A stretch of DNA of 63,976 nucleotides, filler included, from Olpidium bornovanus S191 (GCA_017911155.1; 27 parts of 27 records of this genome joined end to end with filler, not necessarily neighbours in it), one strand, 5' to 3'. Positions 47,991 to 61,937 are shown, counted from the first letter of the whole stretch. Notes: generated by a model not told the origin, from the sequence alone. Numbers and translations: made by a program.

Positions 47991-48070
47991 GTGTCTCTCT
48001 TGGTCTCTCTCTCTTTCCCCCCCCCTCCCCCTCTCTATCTCTATTTCCATCTCCCCTCTTTCTTTCCCTT
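47855..48070. repeat. CT-rich microsatellite/low-complexity tract
   Basis: Direct reading. Confidence 0.85.
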
Positions 48071-48245
48071 TTCCGGGCTTTGCCGCCTAAAAACAAAAAA
48101 AAAAAAAAAAAAAAAAAGGTCTGCGACGTATCGAAAAATTTCGACGACCGGGCCTACAGCTGCACTTCCAAGTGGAAGAAGGTCATCGGAAAGCGTTGAG
48201 TCTTGCCTACCTCAAAGTAGGTAATATTTATAACCATCAATTAAT

Positions 48246-48686
48246 TGTCACTACCTGGATAGAAATAAGCCCGTCGGCAAACGACGGGTAACGGAGCACG
48301 GAAATGGAACCCTACACGAAATCAAATGAGTAGAAACGAAAAATATTCCATAGAAAACATCGGACGAAAACCTCAAATCATTTTATTTCAATGAACCTTC
48401 GCCCCCTTTCCTCCCCCCCACGCTTTCTGAACAAGACGTGAACCAAAGGAGACAAAGGAAGACGGGTACACAATGGAGGGTCCAAGGATGGAGGGCGGAG
48501 ACGGCGGACGGCGGACGGCGGAGACTGCACAGCGCGGTTCGGAACGCTGCAGAGTTTCTACAAGCTTTTGGTTTGTTTTGTATGGCGTCGGCGTGCGGGA
48601 TTTACAGGGGGAAAAAAGGAGGGATGATTGCCGCAGGAGTCTGTGCCACCGGCTACGTCCGGCCCCCTTTTCCCTTTTTTCCAACA
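48246..48686 (-). mobile_element. Putative 3' LTR of the copia element
   Basis: On the minus strand the purine tract AGAAGAGGTGGGG is followed directly by TGTTGG at 48686. The far end (TGACA at ~48246) is a guess. Confidence 0.45.
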
Positions 48687-48797
48687 CCCCACCTCTTCTA
48701 GGGAATCTATCACGCCCATGGTCACGTCTATCTGCCTATATGTTGTCGCTCCTTCCTTTCACGGCGCTTCGGCTCAGGCGGTTAGCCTGTTTGCTGC

Positions 48798-49193
48798 CTA
48801 AGCGGGACGTAGGCCGACCATTTCCTGAAACTTGGCAAACTTGATCTTATCTAAGGGCTTAGTGAACACGTCCAGGGATTCTCGCTCGTCCCTATGCGGC
48901 GCATGCTGATGCTTCCCTCTGCAGTGCACCAGCGGAGATGGTGGTACCGGATGTCGATATGTTTCAATCTCTTCGACACCTTATTGTCCGACGCTAACTC
49001 TGCCGCGCCCGTATTATCGATCATCAGCTCAGTCGGTTGGGCGACGACATGGGGATCAATCGGCTGGATGATAGTACGTAGCCATTTGACTTCCTGAGCC
49101 GCCGCGGAGCCTGCCACAAATTCTGCTTCGCATGAGGATGTGGCCACACACTTCTGTCTTGCTGACCTCCATGACACCAATCCGTCTGCAAAC
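48798..49193 (-). mobile_element. Ty1/copia RNase H with one frameshift
   Basis: VSWRSARQKCVATSSCEAEF, DNTGA, KRLKHIDIRYHHLR, ENP/LDVFTKPL. Confidence 0.93.
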
Positions 49194-49420
49194 NNNNNNN
49201 NNNNNNNNNNNNNNNNNNNNNNNNNNNNNNNNNNNNNTTAATTAATTAANNNNNNNNNNNNNNNNNNNNNNNNNNNNNNNNNNNNNNNNNNNNCCGCCCC
49301 ACAAGGGGGGGGGGGGGGGGGGGGGGGGGATTGGAGGAGGGAGGCGAATTTTCTCTAAAAAAACCATTCCACCTCCCCTTCTTCTTCCCCACCCCTCCTT
49401 CCCTCCTCTCCTTCCCCCAG

Positions 49421-49652
49421 GGCCACCGACCTGGTTTTCTGCCACCGCGTCGACGGCGGGCCCGGCTCGTTTCTGCCGTTCAACCCTCAGCTGCACGCCG
49501 TCTGGCACGTGCTCGCCTCCCTGGGTCTGTACCACCTGACCGTGGTCCTGCTACTGAACCGGGCGGCGTCGCGCGGCGGCGCCCGGGCGCGCCTGGGACT
49601 CGCCGCCGGCCTGTTGCCCTACGTCGTCGTCACCTCCGTCGAAAAGGTTTAG
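49421..49652 (+). CDS. Alkaline ceramidase (YPC1/YDC1/ACER family), last exon; absent from the ORF track
   Basis: After a CAG acceptor: ATDLVFCHR...FNPQLHAVWHVLASLGLYHL...LPYVVV...*. This includes the CREST-family HxxWH motif. Confidence 0.88.
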
Positions 49653-50683
49653 GAAAAAAAACATCCGACTTCCAGGGCAGGCCGCGGTGGGCTGGGGTGG
49701 GGGGTGGGGGAGGGGACGGGAAGCCGGGGATGGGGGTGGGGCGGCGGTGTAAACGGAATGTACATTTATACATATATAGAATTTTCTCCTGCGAAAGGAG
49801 AACGCAGCGGAGCGACAAAACGCGCTAGTGCACAAAACGAAAGCCCGGTAGAGCAAAAACAAGCGCAAAAACAAACACGACGGCGGGGGCACAGCTGACC
49901 GGTGGCGCTTCGTCGGGAGCAAAGCGTCGGTGCGGCGAGGCCGAAGGAGGCGCCGCGGGGGCGGAGCGGCCGAAGGCGGCGCGACGGGCTGCGGCGCGGC
50001 GGGCCGTGGCGGTGCGTCGCGGCGGGGCGGACGGGGCGCGGGCGAGCGGGCGGCGAAAGCGGCGGCGACGGCCGGAAAGCGGCGGCGGCGAAAGCGGCCG
50101 AAGGCGGCGCGTCGGGCGGGCACCGGAGCGCGGCGGCAAGGAGATGACGGCCGCTCGAAGGCGGGGAGCGGTCGACGGGCGACGGGGATGGCGTCGGGGA
50201 AGTACATCGAGGGAATAATGGAGTGTCCACTACAGCGGCTAGGAAATTCTCGGAAATTCTCCGAAGGCACAAAAACCAACGAAAAGCAACAAAAACCAAT
50301 GAAAACTGATGAAAGCCAACAAAAAGCGACAGCGCGTCAGTCGCCCACATTTCATGACCAAAAACTAGGCAACTCGGTGCTTAACACATGACCATGACTG
50401 ATGACTGGTCTCGCAGTGACCGGTGCCCACATTTGCACCAGTCTTGGTGTAATCAAGTTCCGAGCGGCTCGAAGAATCAACGCCATACCAAATAAGCAAA
50501 AGTTTTCCGAGCAGCTCAGAAAAATCGCCCATCACGCGCCTTTAAGCGGCTCGGAAGNNNNNNNNNNNNNNNNNNNNNNNNNNNNNNNNNNNNNNNNNNN
50601 NTTAATTAATTAANNNNNNNNNNNNNNNNNNNNNNNNNNNNNNNNNNNNNNNNNNNNCATGTCAGCGACTGGAGGACCTATAT

Positions 50684-51115
50684 GTGTATTGGCCAAACGC
50701 TTACTGCAGGTTATGGGAGGATAGGAAGCGCCTGCCTTTGGAGCTAAACTGTGATTCTCCTGTGCACGACAGAGTCTGTGTCAAGACGAAATATCGCGAC
50801 CTACCCACAAAGCCGCCTTTTGGAACTTTTATCGACCAACTGGAAAGCAATCCAGCACTTTTGGGAAAAAGAATCAGGCCGCACATGCAAAGAATTGCCG
50901 CCTTGAAACCGGCAAAACCCGCACGGGCAACACCGGCGTCTGCAAAGACACCGCGAACGCCAAAAGTGGCAGTGCCACTTCCCCCACCTCCCAGTGGTTA
51001 CGCATACAACTTTCACAACGGGCTCTTCGAGGAATCGCTGCAGACCGCAACTCTTTATCCTTGTGATGGAGGACAAATCCGCGCAAGTCGGCGAATCTCA
51101 CGCTGGTCAGTGTAA
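50684..51115 (+). CDS. Hypothetical protein or degenerate coding remnant
   Basis: AT-richer open frame; no family recognised. Confidence 0.3.
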   Translation: MYWPNAYCRLWEDRKRLPLELNCDSPVHDRVCVKTKYRDLPTKPPFGTFIDQLESNPALLGKRIRPHMQRIAALKPAKPARATPASAKTPRTPKVAVPLPPPPSGYAYNFHNGLFEESLQTATLYPCDGGQIRASRRISRWSV

Positions 51116-52888
51116 GTGGATATGTGTCGCAAGTCTGACTCTATTACAGCAACGCACGCTACAGTGATACACCCTACCGCCGTTTTAAAATAACTGGCAG
51201 CGACTTGATGGGAAAGCTTTGGGTCAACGTGATTTACCAAGATGGGCTCACCTTTTGCAACGTCTACCACAGTTCAAAACGGAACTGACGCAAGCGATGA
51301 GAAAATTCAGATTTTGATCAATGAAATGTCCATCGACGTTGATAGAGAGTGCAGCACAGTTGTTGTAAAACAGCAGCAAAGAATCGGCGGTTTGACTGCT
51401 AATCAAGTAACCCTAATGGAGGAATCGAGCGATGGGACAGAGCTTTTAAGCGCATCGTAACGGCGCGCCCGGAGCGGCGGTGGAAGGGCGGTGGTGGTGG
51501 CTGGCCCGGCTTGCTCGAGGGACAACACGAGCCTGGGGCGCGAGGGCGGGGACGAAAGGGCGGGCGACGAGGGCGCGAAGTAATCGTGGAGATGGCGGTG
51601 ACGCGGCTTCTCGCGGGGTATCGCGCTCCTCCGCCGGCGGACCGCGTCCTGTTTTTGTACTTTATAGAATCTGCCCGCCCTCCCCCGCCACGGACACCCA
51701 GCCCGTAGGGGTTTTCATCACCGCGCCAAAGCGGAGGGAGAAAAAAAAAAGTTGGAAAAACGACTACATACAACGCCTACAACCGTCGCGAAGGCGAACG
51801 CCGCGCGGGTGGGCAAGGATGACCGCAGCCAAGAAAAAGACTAAACCCACGCGCCGCCGGAGAGTGACTGATAAAAGGAGAGAGAGTGTGTGTGTTCGTC
51901 GGTTGTAGAAGAAGATCGTGTAAAGGCGAGAAGGAAGAAAGAGAGCAAAAAAAGAAAGACCGGCGGGGGACCTGAACGGCGGGGTTTGGGATTTGAAGTC
52001 GCCGAGGTGGAATATCGACTCCTCACAAGGCCCAGCACCGCCTTTCCCCGACGGCCTACCGTCTTCCCCACTGAAAGCGGCTGGTTTTTCCTTTTCCGTT
52101 TTTCGAAAGTGCTTCTAACTGTTCCTCCAGTAATGCATCGTCGACAAATTCACGCGGAGGGAAGGGGGGAGGAAAAAAAACAATGGGGGGGGGGGGGGGG
52201 GGGGGGGTGGAACGGGGGCCCCAGGGGTTTTTTTTTTTCCCGGCGGCATTTTTTCTCTTTTTGTTTTTTTTTTTTTTTTTTTTTCCCCCTTTTCCCCGGN
52301 NNNNNNNNNNNNNNNNNNNNNNNNNNNNNNNNNNNNNNNNNNNTTAATTAATTAANNNNNNNNNNNNNNNNNNNNNNNNNNNNNNNNNNNNNNNNNNNNG
52401 ATTGATGTGCGAAGAATTCACCACCACACGCGGTTTCCCCGCCGCAGGCGGCGCGCACGGGGCGCGAACCCCCACGTAATACTCTGGAGAGGGTTATACG
52501 GCGAGGAAAAAGGAGATTCGAAGCGCACGCCAGCGTGCACCGGGGCGCCTCCAGCCGCCAGCGGCTCCCACCCACGAACCGGAATACCGCGGTTCTGAAG
52601 AGATAGAGAGACAGAGCTCTGGAAATCGCAGAACTCGCGGTAAACGCGGGGGAGACACTCCAGAGACGCGCGCGACGGCGCGTCGAATTCCTTCCGCCGT
52701 GCAGCCCCTCACCCACGAGGCAGTCTCCGGCTGGGCCGGTAAAGTGCGGGTCATGTCGCACGCGGCCACTGCGCCACGCCGCTCCCCCCCGTTCGGACCA
52801 GAACGGGACCACTGAGCTTGCGCAGGGGCGGGAGAAAAACGCGTCGCGCCCGCAGACGTGCGCGTTGCGCGGGAAGGCGCGGGGAAGT

Positions 52889-52923
<35 letters not shown>

Positions 52924-53111
52924 GAGGGAGGGACGGAACCCCGATCGCAGAACGTGGTCACGTGACACCCCACCCCGCCTGCTTTTTCCAAAACGGACGC
53001 AGTTGGCGGACAGGAAAACTCCGTGACGCCGGCCCCAACCAGCCCCACCAGCGAGCCCTCCGCGACGAACGGTTACTGCGTTCCCGAACCCGCCGGCGAA
53101 TCGAACAGATA

Positions 53112-54908
<1,797 letters not shown>

Positions 54909-55073
54909 NNNNNNNNNNNNNNNNNNNNNNNNNNNNNNNNNNNNNNNNNNNNTTAATTAATTAANNNNNNNNNNNNNNNNNNNNNNNNNNNNNNNNNNNN
55001 NNNNNNNNCCCCCGCCCCCCCCCCCCCTCCCCCGCCTGCCCCCCCCCCCCGCCTTCCCCCCCCCCCTCCCTCC

Positions 55074-56365
55074 ATGACTTCCGCCGGCGGAGATTCTCTC
55101 GAGTGTCGTTTCCGCGCTGCCGCCGCGTTCGCGGCTCGCCGGCGCGAGCTGTCCGACGGCGCGAAGCTGCGAGTACGGTTTTTCGCACGGCCCCGGTTCC
55201 GCGGCGATTTTTTTTCTTTTTTTCCCTCCCGGCAATCCCGCCGCCCCTCGAGAACGGCGGAAACCGCGACCCCGCGCTTTTTCTTTTTCTTTTGGCGCTG
55301 CTCTGAAAAACGCTTCCGTTCAGCTGTACGCCTGGTACAAGCTCGCGACCGTCGGACCCTGCGCCGCGCCGCGGCCGGGCCTGCTAGACTTCGCCGGTCG
55401 CGCCAAGTGGGATGCGTGGAAGGCCCAGAGCGCCGGGAGCCCTTCGGTCGAAGACTCGAAGCGGTGCGTGCGCGCCTTTTGCTGACGACGGTTTCGCGGT
55501 TCGAGCGGGGGCGCGGGTCGCGGGGAGCTCTGACGCCCCGGACCGCGCGCGAGAAGACGGTACATAGCGACGCTGGAGGAACTCACCGGGTGGGACCCGT
55601 CCGCCGCGGACGAGGCCGCCGGGAAAACGGAAGGCCCGGAACCGTCGATGGAAGAGGAGGAGAAGGAGGACGAGGACGAGGACGAGGACGAGGAGGAGGG
55701 GCGCTGGTCCGAAAGCGAGGAGGACGAGGCGGAGTACCTGCGGCAGAAAGTCTTGCCGTCGTTGTCAAGGGACGCGCCGGGCGGGACCTCCTTGATCGCA
55801 GTGAGCACCCTCTGCGGCGGCGACTGTCCCGGCAGAGACGAAGAGGATGATTTACCGTGGGTGAAGCGCGCGCTGAAGAAAACGCGGCGGCGGCCCGTGG
55901 GACGCCCGAGCCGCCGACGGGCCCTCGATGCGCGTCCTGACAATTTGAGGGCGGGCGCCCCCCCCCCCCCTTTCCTTACCCCGCTCCAGGGAGGGGAGCG
56001 CGGAAGAGGAGCGAGTTCTGTTCCGGTGCGCGAAGTCCGGAGACGGAACCGCGGAGGCCCGGGCCGCGATCCGACAAAGACCTGCGCTCGCGCGCGCCAC
56101 CGACAACCTCGTGAGCGGCTTCGTTTCGCGGAAAACGTTCCGTGCGCGAGCCCCCTGCCGCGCGGCCCGTGGAATCCCCTCGCGTAACTTTTGGTTGCAT
56201 CCCCTCCCCTTCCCCCCCCCTCCCTTTTTTCGAGTGCGGCAGGGCATGACCCCGCTGCACTGGGCGGCGGACCGAGGGAACTTCGCCCTCGTTAAGGAGC
56301 TGGTGGAAACCGCCCGAGCGGACGTGAACGCGAGGGTAAGGTGCCGAGCCCTTTCGGCGAATTCC
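55074..56365 (+). CDS. Acyl-CoA-binding domain plus ankyrin repeat protein (ACBD6-like), partial
   Basis: LR|[13 protein letters not shown]...[17 protein letters not shown], an acidic linker, then [21 protein letters not shown]...ADVNAR. Confidence 0.9.
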
Positions 56366-56465
56366 NNNNNNNNNNNNNNNNNNNNNNNNNNNNNNNNNNN
56401 NNNNNNNNNTTAATTAATTAANNNNNNNNNNNNNNNNNNNNNNNNNNNNNNNNNNNNNNNNNNNN

Positions 56466-57510
56466 CATGGTTGCCTCTCCCTCGGGCGTCAGCTGCACGT
56501 CACCCGCGTTCGCGTCGGTGATGAGCGCGTCCTCGTCCCGGGAGACGTCGGGCTCGCCATCGGCAAAATAGACCGTCGGCGCGTCATCGGCCCCTTCGCT
56601 GTCGTCTCCAGTCGAGTCGCGGTCCGGATGTAACGAGGCGCAGTGGGAGAGAGCTTGGTAAACGTCGTCGACTGCCCGTCACGCGGACGAGGCAAGGGGC
56701 GGGAAAAAAAAAACCAGTCAGAACTTTGACGACGGGGGGGGGGGGGAACCGACCGAACGTGCACGGCGACACGCTGCTGTGACGCCCTCCAGCGAGAGCG
56801 CTGCGCCCAAGTCTTCCGACATACCCGATTCTGAATTCTCCGGCACAAACCGGACCTCCGTCGGCTGTTCAACGTTGTTTTCGTCGAAATCGTCCCCGTC
56901 CAGCTGACAGTATATGCAGGGTGCCGGCGAGTACAAGTCGGGCTCGCGGCATATGGCGTGTATGCCCACGGACGGGTAGTCAACCGCGATGCCGCGCTTG
57001 AGCTCGTCGCTGTACCAGTAAAGCATCCTGCGCGCGTTTGTATGTTTGTTTGCATTTTTTTTGTTTTTTTTTTTCCCCGCCCGCAGAGAAACCCAACCAG
57101 AAAAGCAGAAAGGGTCGTTCTCAGCAACAGCCGTGTTCGTGCGGTCAAGCCCATGGCACGCGCGCACCAGCCACACTGGCAGGGCCAAGGACGGGCGCCC
57201 CCCGCCACCCGCCACCCGCCCAAATTTTCTCTCCCACGCACTTGTCAGTCACGTAGAGGCTTCCCAGCAACGGCGCCCCCGGCAGCTGCGGCAGATGCAG
57301 CAGGGGCCTGGAGCACTCGAAGGCCACCCGCGGCTCGAAGTGGATCAGGACCGGCAAGCCCTGCGAAGCGGAAGAAGGCAACGGTCGCGACGGTAGGAGT
57401 CCGGCGGCGTCGGCGGCGGCGGCGCCGCCTGGGCAGACGTCGGAGGCGGCGGCCTGGACCTTGTCGGACGGGGCGCACGCCGGCCGGTCGTGGATGTAGG
57501 TGATGGTCAT
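56466..57510 (-). CDS. Methylosome subunit pICln/Lot5 (Voldacs domain), spliced, 3' partial
   Basis: GSLYVTD|RMLYWYSD...GIAVDYPSVGIHAICRE, CIYCQLD, EVRFVPE, VDDVYQALSHCASLHPD. Confidence 0.9.
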
Positions 57511-57586
57511 TGTTTCCGGAGCGGAGCGGCCGGGGTTCGTTTGCGGTCGTTTTTTCCGAAAGGGCGTCGGACGGGTGACGATTCGT

Positions 57587-57620
<34 letters not shown>

Positions 57621-57762
57621 GGGCACACCCCCCCCCCCCCCCCCCCCCTTCCCCCCCCCGGCNNNNNNNNNNNNNNNNNNNNNNNNNNNNNNNNNNNNNN
57701 NNNNNNTTAATTAATTAANNNNNNNNNNNNNNNNNNNNNNNNNNNNNNNNNNNNNNNNNNNN

Positions 57763-58299
57763 AAATCGTCAAAAGAATTCCCTCACTGACGCGGGTCGCA
57801 GTTCCCCTCGATCGGCCCGGATGCGGACACATGGCCCGTATCGACAAATAACATCCTCCAGCAAGAACCTGCTGACACTGGCGTTATGCTTCGAACGTAA
57901 TGGCCGACCCTCAACGTAATTTGACAATCCCTCCCGCGCCAAAACCGCATACCGAAACCCGCAGCACCAAGGCAACTCCACCAAGTCGACGTACCATTCC
58001 AAATTAATTGCCCGAGGATAAGACGGCCGCAACTCTTCGTGATAATGCGTCCTCGAGTACTCTTGGCAGGTAGGGTACCCTTCGACGTATGCGGCCACGT
58101 CCCTCCTGAGCCCGAGCCAGTTGTATCTCTCCTTGGCCTTTTGGTACGTTTGCTCCACGCCAAAGTGTCCGCTTGCCAAATGGTCGTGGACTCCCTCCAA
58201 GATCGCCCGTCGCTCGTCACATCTCCAAACTACACGCAACGGTACCGACGAGGTCGGCCCGGGCTTCCTCCACAGGTACTCGTCCTGTAAGAATTGCAA
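57763..58299 (-). mobile_element. Ty3/gypsy integrase (H2C2 zinc finger and start of rve core), partial
   Basis: HDHLASGHFGVEQTYQKAKERYNWLGLRRDVAAYV..YPTCQ, WYVDLV, FLLEDVICRYG..IRADRGE. Confidence 0.93.
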
Positions 58300-58859
58300 G
58301 TAGACAGTTTTTGGGAGTCTTTGTCTTTCTTTTCGCTTTTATTAGAGAAGTACAAGAACAGGGAAAAAGTATTCGTGACTTGGCGCCTTTTCTTCTTTGT
58401 GTTGAGGTTTTCCTTTGGGAAGTTGTTTTGGAAAAACAAACAACCCTGCAACGAGTGGGGCCTGCTATTTATGCTCACCACCTGTTGCACCATGGTTGAC
58501 CATGGTCCTTTGCCCATGGTTGACGCCATGCCAATGGTTGACGCGGTGTTCCGCGTGGCGTTCACGCGGCCTGCCGCTTGCGCTCACGCGGTTGACCCTT
58601 TGACCATGGTGTTTTGACCATGGTCAAAGCGTGACGTTCACGAGGCCCGCCGTTTTGGCCGCCTCGGCTGCTTCCATGGTCACGCAGCCGTCGTCGCGGC
58701 CCCTTGTCCGCAGGCGCGGCCACCTTGACCGCCTCCATGCTCACGCGGCCGCCGTCGCGGCCCCTTGTCCGCCGGGGCGGCCACCTTGGCCGCGTCCTTG
58801 CTCACGCGGCGCCTTCTTCGGACGGAGGTCTCGGAGGTCTCGGAGAGGTCTCGGAGGTC
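58300..58859 (-). mobile_element. LTR-like segment with tandem (U3-like) repeats
   Basis: ~61-bp tandem repeat (58680, 58741, 58802), six CCATGG motifs, then ATAAATA (~58465) and AATAAA (~58340) on the minus strand, abutting the integrase. Confidence 0.4.
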
Positions 58860-59053
58860 NNNNNNNNNNNNNNNNNNNNNNNNNNNNNNNNNNNNNNNNN
58901 NNNTTAATTAATTAANNNNNNNNNNNNNNNNNNNNNNNNNNNNNNNNNNNNNNNNNNNNCATGGTAGCACCCAGCATCATAGGGCTCTCTGTGCCTTCCG
59001 CAACGGGGAGTCTGGGTAATTCGCATCAGGTCTATCCTCTGTCGTCGTCCGGC

Positions 59054-59385
59054 GACAGACATCTCGTAAACAATGCACGTCAAAAAGGAAAAGAAGCGTA
59101 AACGCGGAGCGGTGCAAACGGCTAGATTGGGGGCAATCTCAGGTCTAAAACTGCCTGCCGTCGTTCGGTGACAGACATCTCCGTAAACAATGCATGTCAT
59201 CGAAACAAAAGAAAGAAACACCAACACGAGTTCAACTCAAATAGCATTTACAAAGCGGTCCTGACAAAGCACGTAAACAATGCATGTATCGAAAAGAAAA
59301 GAGGTGCAAGCAGAAAAAAATTGCAAATAGCATTACAAAGCGGTCCTGACAAAGCAAGTAAACAATGCATGTATCGAAAAAAAGA
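59054..59385. repeat. Modular dispersed/tandem repeat with four GTAAACAATGCA cores
   Basis: Cores at 59066, 59183, 59273 and 59358; 86-bp-spaced copies start at 59238 and 59324. Confidence 0.85.
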
Positions 59386-59406
59386 GCTAAAAAGGCTAAA
59401 ATAAAT

Positions 59407-59479
59407 TGGGGAATCCGAGGATCGAACTCGGTACCTTACGATCTTCAGTCGTACGCTCTCCCAGATGAGCTAATTCCCC
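59407..59479 (-). tRNA. tRNA-Phe (GAA), intronless
   Basis: GGGGAATTAGCTCATCTGGGAGAGCGTACGACTGAAGATCGTAAGGTACCGAGTTCGATCCTCGGATTCCCCA folds into a full 73-nt cloverleaf. A T5 Pol III terminator lies ~15 nt downstream. Confidence 0.98.
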
Positions 59480-59945
59480 TTCAAGTGCTTAATGGATGGT
59501 AGGGAGATTGCAAACATGACTTCGACTTTGAAAGCCGTGCAGGTGAGAGTCCGAACACCGCCGCGGTTTCCTGTTGACTGGTTCGCCCGATTCTACGCGA
59601 GGCGAACCCGTGCCGGGCTGCTTTCGGTTTTAGCCGTCGGGCTGCTGCCCTCCGGGTTCTTCTTCCTCGGCGGGGTGGTTGTGTTGGCTTCCGGCGCATC
59701 CGGTCCGGCGAGGTGGCCCCCGCCGCGCTGCAACCGGTTATCCATCCCGAACCCCGTGGTCAGCATTCGTTCGGCTGCGCCGCTGACGTCAAGCGGAAAC
59801 ATGCCCTTCTGCGGCCGTGATCGGCTGCTCGAGCTGCGGGGACGGTGCGGCGCCGACCGCCCGTGCGCGATAAATGTTACCGGCGGTGTCTGAAAGAAAA
59901 ACGAAAAAGTCCGGCGCGCCTTCCGTAAATATTAGGCGCCCCTTT

Positions 59946-61616
59946 CTACTCTAACCGGGACACCTTCAGCACTCTGTCGCGGGCCGGCGCCTTCCCTTTA
60001 TCGAACTTTCTGCGCGTTGCTCTGGAGCGCTGCTCGTCCCTTTTGAATAGAAAGCCTCCGAGCGTTCCGGTGGCGAAAGATATTGGAATTAACGGGAACA
60101 CCATCATGGGCGGGCGGGTGGTTCTGGGCCAGCCCCACATCGCGGTCGTGATGACGTATTGGCTGGCGCAGCTTGTGTTCAACAGCAGCATCACCAGCAG
60201 GATCCTCTTCGGCGTCACCAGCGGGATGAACACCGCAGGAGGCTCCGGGCCGTCGGCGTCGGCAAGCTTCGCATCGACGTCCGACCGCCCGCGATCGCGT
60301 CCGCCGCCGCCGTCCGCGCTTCCGACGTCGGACGCGGCTTGGTCGTCGAAGGCGTACGCGTCTTCCGCCCCACTCCCGACCAGGTGGGCGCCGCCGGAAT
60401 CGGCCGCCTGTTCGATCGCGATCCACGGAAAATCCCGCTTGACGGCCCGCCACACCCTGAGCTGGGAGGGGTCGGTGACACCCCCCCCGTCGTCGTTCTC
60501 CGCCGCGACGCTGCACTCGCCACCAGCGTCGATGCCGCTGGAGCGGCCGACGTCGCCGAGTATGCCGGCGGACGCCTCCGGAGTCGCGTTGGACGGGCCC
60601 GGAACCCCGAGCTCCGTAACCTTCGCCGCGAAACCGACCACACCGTCCGCAGATATTCCGTCGGAGTCGTGCAGGCGGCCGGCGCGGCGCAGCCGCGCTC
60701 GTCGAGAGAGCAAAAGGAGCCGGATCGCTCGGTACAGGTTTCGGAGCCGGAGCGGCTGCGGCACGATCGCTCCTAACGTGAAAATGGCGTTCAGGATCTG
60801 AGAGCACCATTCAATCCAGTTCGCTTCCGCAGCGTCGTCTTCAAGATTCACCATGCCCACCAGCAGCATGAAGACGATCGCTCCGGCCACCACAACGACT
60901 GCGCCGAGGAACAAGACGACGGCGTTTGCCGGCTTGGACAAGTATGTCCTCGCCGTTACGAGGTGCTCTCGCCATCTCGCCGGCCTTTCCCCTTGCTCTT
61001 CCAGGTTCCGCAAGCCGGCGACTCCGGCTCCGATCTGCCGCCAGTTCCGCCCCCCATCCGCCGCGGACCGCGGCGAGGAACCATTCGGGGCTGCGTTCCC
61101 CGGCTGCTGACGAGAGGATGGCGAGCCGTGCTCCGCTCTTGGACACGGATCCTCAAGGTTTTCGCCCGGCTTTGGGGTACCCGCGTGTGTTCCCTGCTCT
61201 GCGACAGATGCCACAAACATCATTGAAGGCGTCTGCTGACTGCCGGAGTCGTGCCACACATATTTTGACGTCGGAGGAGGCGGTGATAATGTCCGGTGTT
61301 GACCCTCTTGCGTTTGCATTTCGGACCGCGGCGTGCCGGTCTCGGCGCGACCCCCCTCTGACCGTCGACCGTCGCGGGGACAGCCTGGAGTCGGCGCGCG
61401 GTCACCGTGACGGCGCATCCGCACGCTCGCGTCGGGGCTGCTTCCGCTTCCGGCGGCCGAATGCGGCGGGCCGCATGCGGTCGTCACCTCGCGCGCATGC
61501 GCTTCCGCGGCAGGTGGGCCGCCGCCGTTGCCCGAGAAAGGCCTCAGTTTCCCGCGGATCTGAACGTCCCCCGCTTGGGATTCCGCCCGTATCCCGGCGG
61601 CGCCCGACGGCACGCC
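59946..61616 (-). CDS. DUF2985 family membrane protein
   Basis: LGAVVVVAGAIVFMLLVGM, WIEWCSQILNAIFTL..IVPQPLR, LLLNTSCASQYVITTAMWGW..TRPP. Start not resolved. Confidence 0.8.
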   Translation of the reverse strand, partial: GVPSGAAGIRAESQAGDVQIRGKLRPFSGNGGGPPAAEAHAREVTTACGPPHSAAGSGSSPDASVRMRRHGDRAPTPGCPRDGRRSEGGRAETGTPRSEMQTQEGQHRTLSPPPPTSKYVWHDSGSQQTPSMMFVASVAEQGTHAGTPKPGENLEDPCPRAEHGSPSSRQQPGNAAPNGSSPRSAADGGRNWRQIGAGVAGLRNLEEQGERPARWREHLVTARTYLSKPANAVVLFLGAVVVVAGAIVFMLLVGMVNLEDDAAEANWIEWCSQILNAIFTLGAIVPQPLRLRNLYRAIRLLLLSRRARLRRAGRLHDSDGISADGVVGFAAKVTELGVPGPSNATPEASAGILGDVGRSSGIDAGGECSVAAENDDGGGVTDPSQLRVWRAVKRDFPWIAIEQAADSGGAHLVGSGAEDAYAFDDQAASDVGSADGGGGRDRGRSDVDAKLADADGPEPPAVFIPLVTPKRILLVMLLLNTSCASQYVITTAMWGWPRTTRPPMMVFPLIPISFATGTLGGFLFKRDEQRSRATRRKFDKGKAPARDRVLKVSRLE

Positions 61617-61937
61617 NNNNNNNNNNNNNNNNNNNNNNNNNNNNNNNNNNNNNNNNNNNNTTAATTAATTAANNNNNNNNNNNNNNNNNNNNNNNNNNNN
61701 NNNNNNNNNNNNNNNNCAACCATCCAAAAACGTCGGAAACAGCGTCCTGAAAGTGGAAGAGGTACGAATGTTTACTCCGCCTTTCCTTCTGCTCTTTTCG
61801 TGGGCCGTTCCAAGTTAACCCACCTGTGCATTTCATGCGATAACGTCAGCTGCAGAGAGATAAAAATTTTTCGAGGTACGGTATGTTTCGTTCTCCGTTC
61901 GTTCACTTTCTCCTGGATTGATTTCCTACCAAACTTT

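Noticed and set aside
49780-50557. GC-rich stretch resembling a DNA-transposon end
   Set aside because: No terminal inverted repeat, target-site duplication or transposase sequence could be identified.
59054-59385. CRISPR-like repeat-spacer pattern
   Set aside because: The shared core is only ~15 bp, the spacing is irregular and the intervening sequences are partly duplicated.
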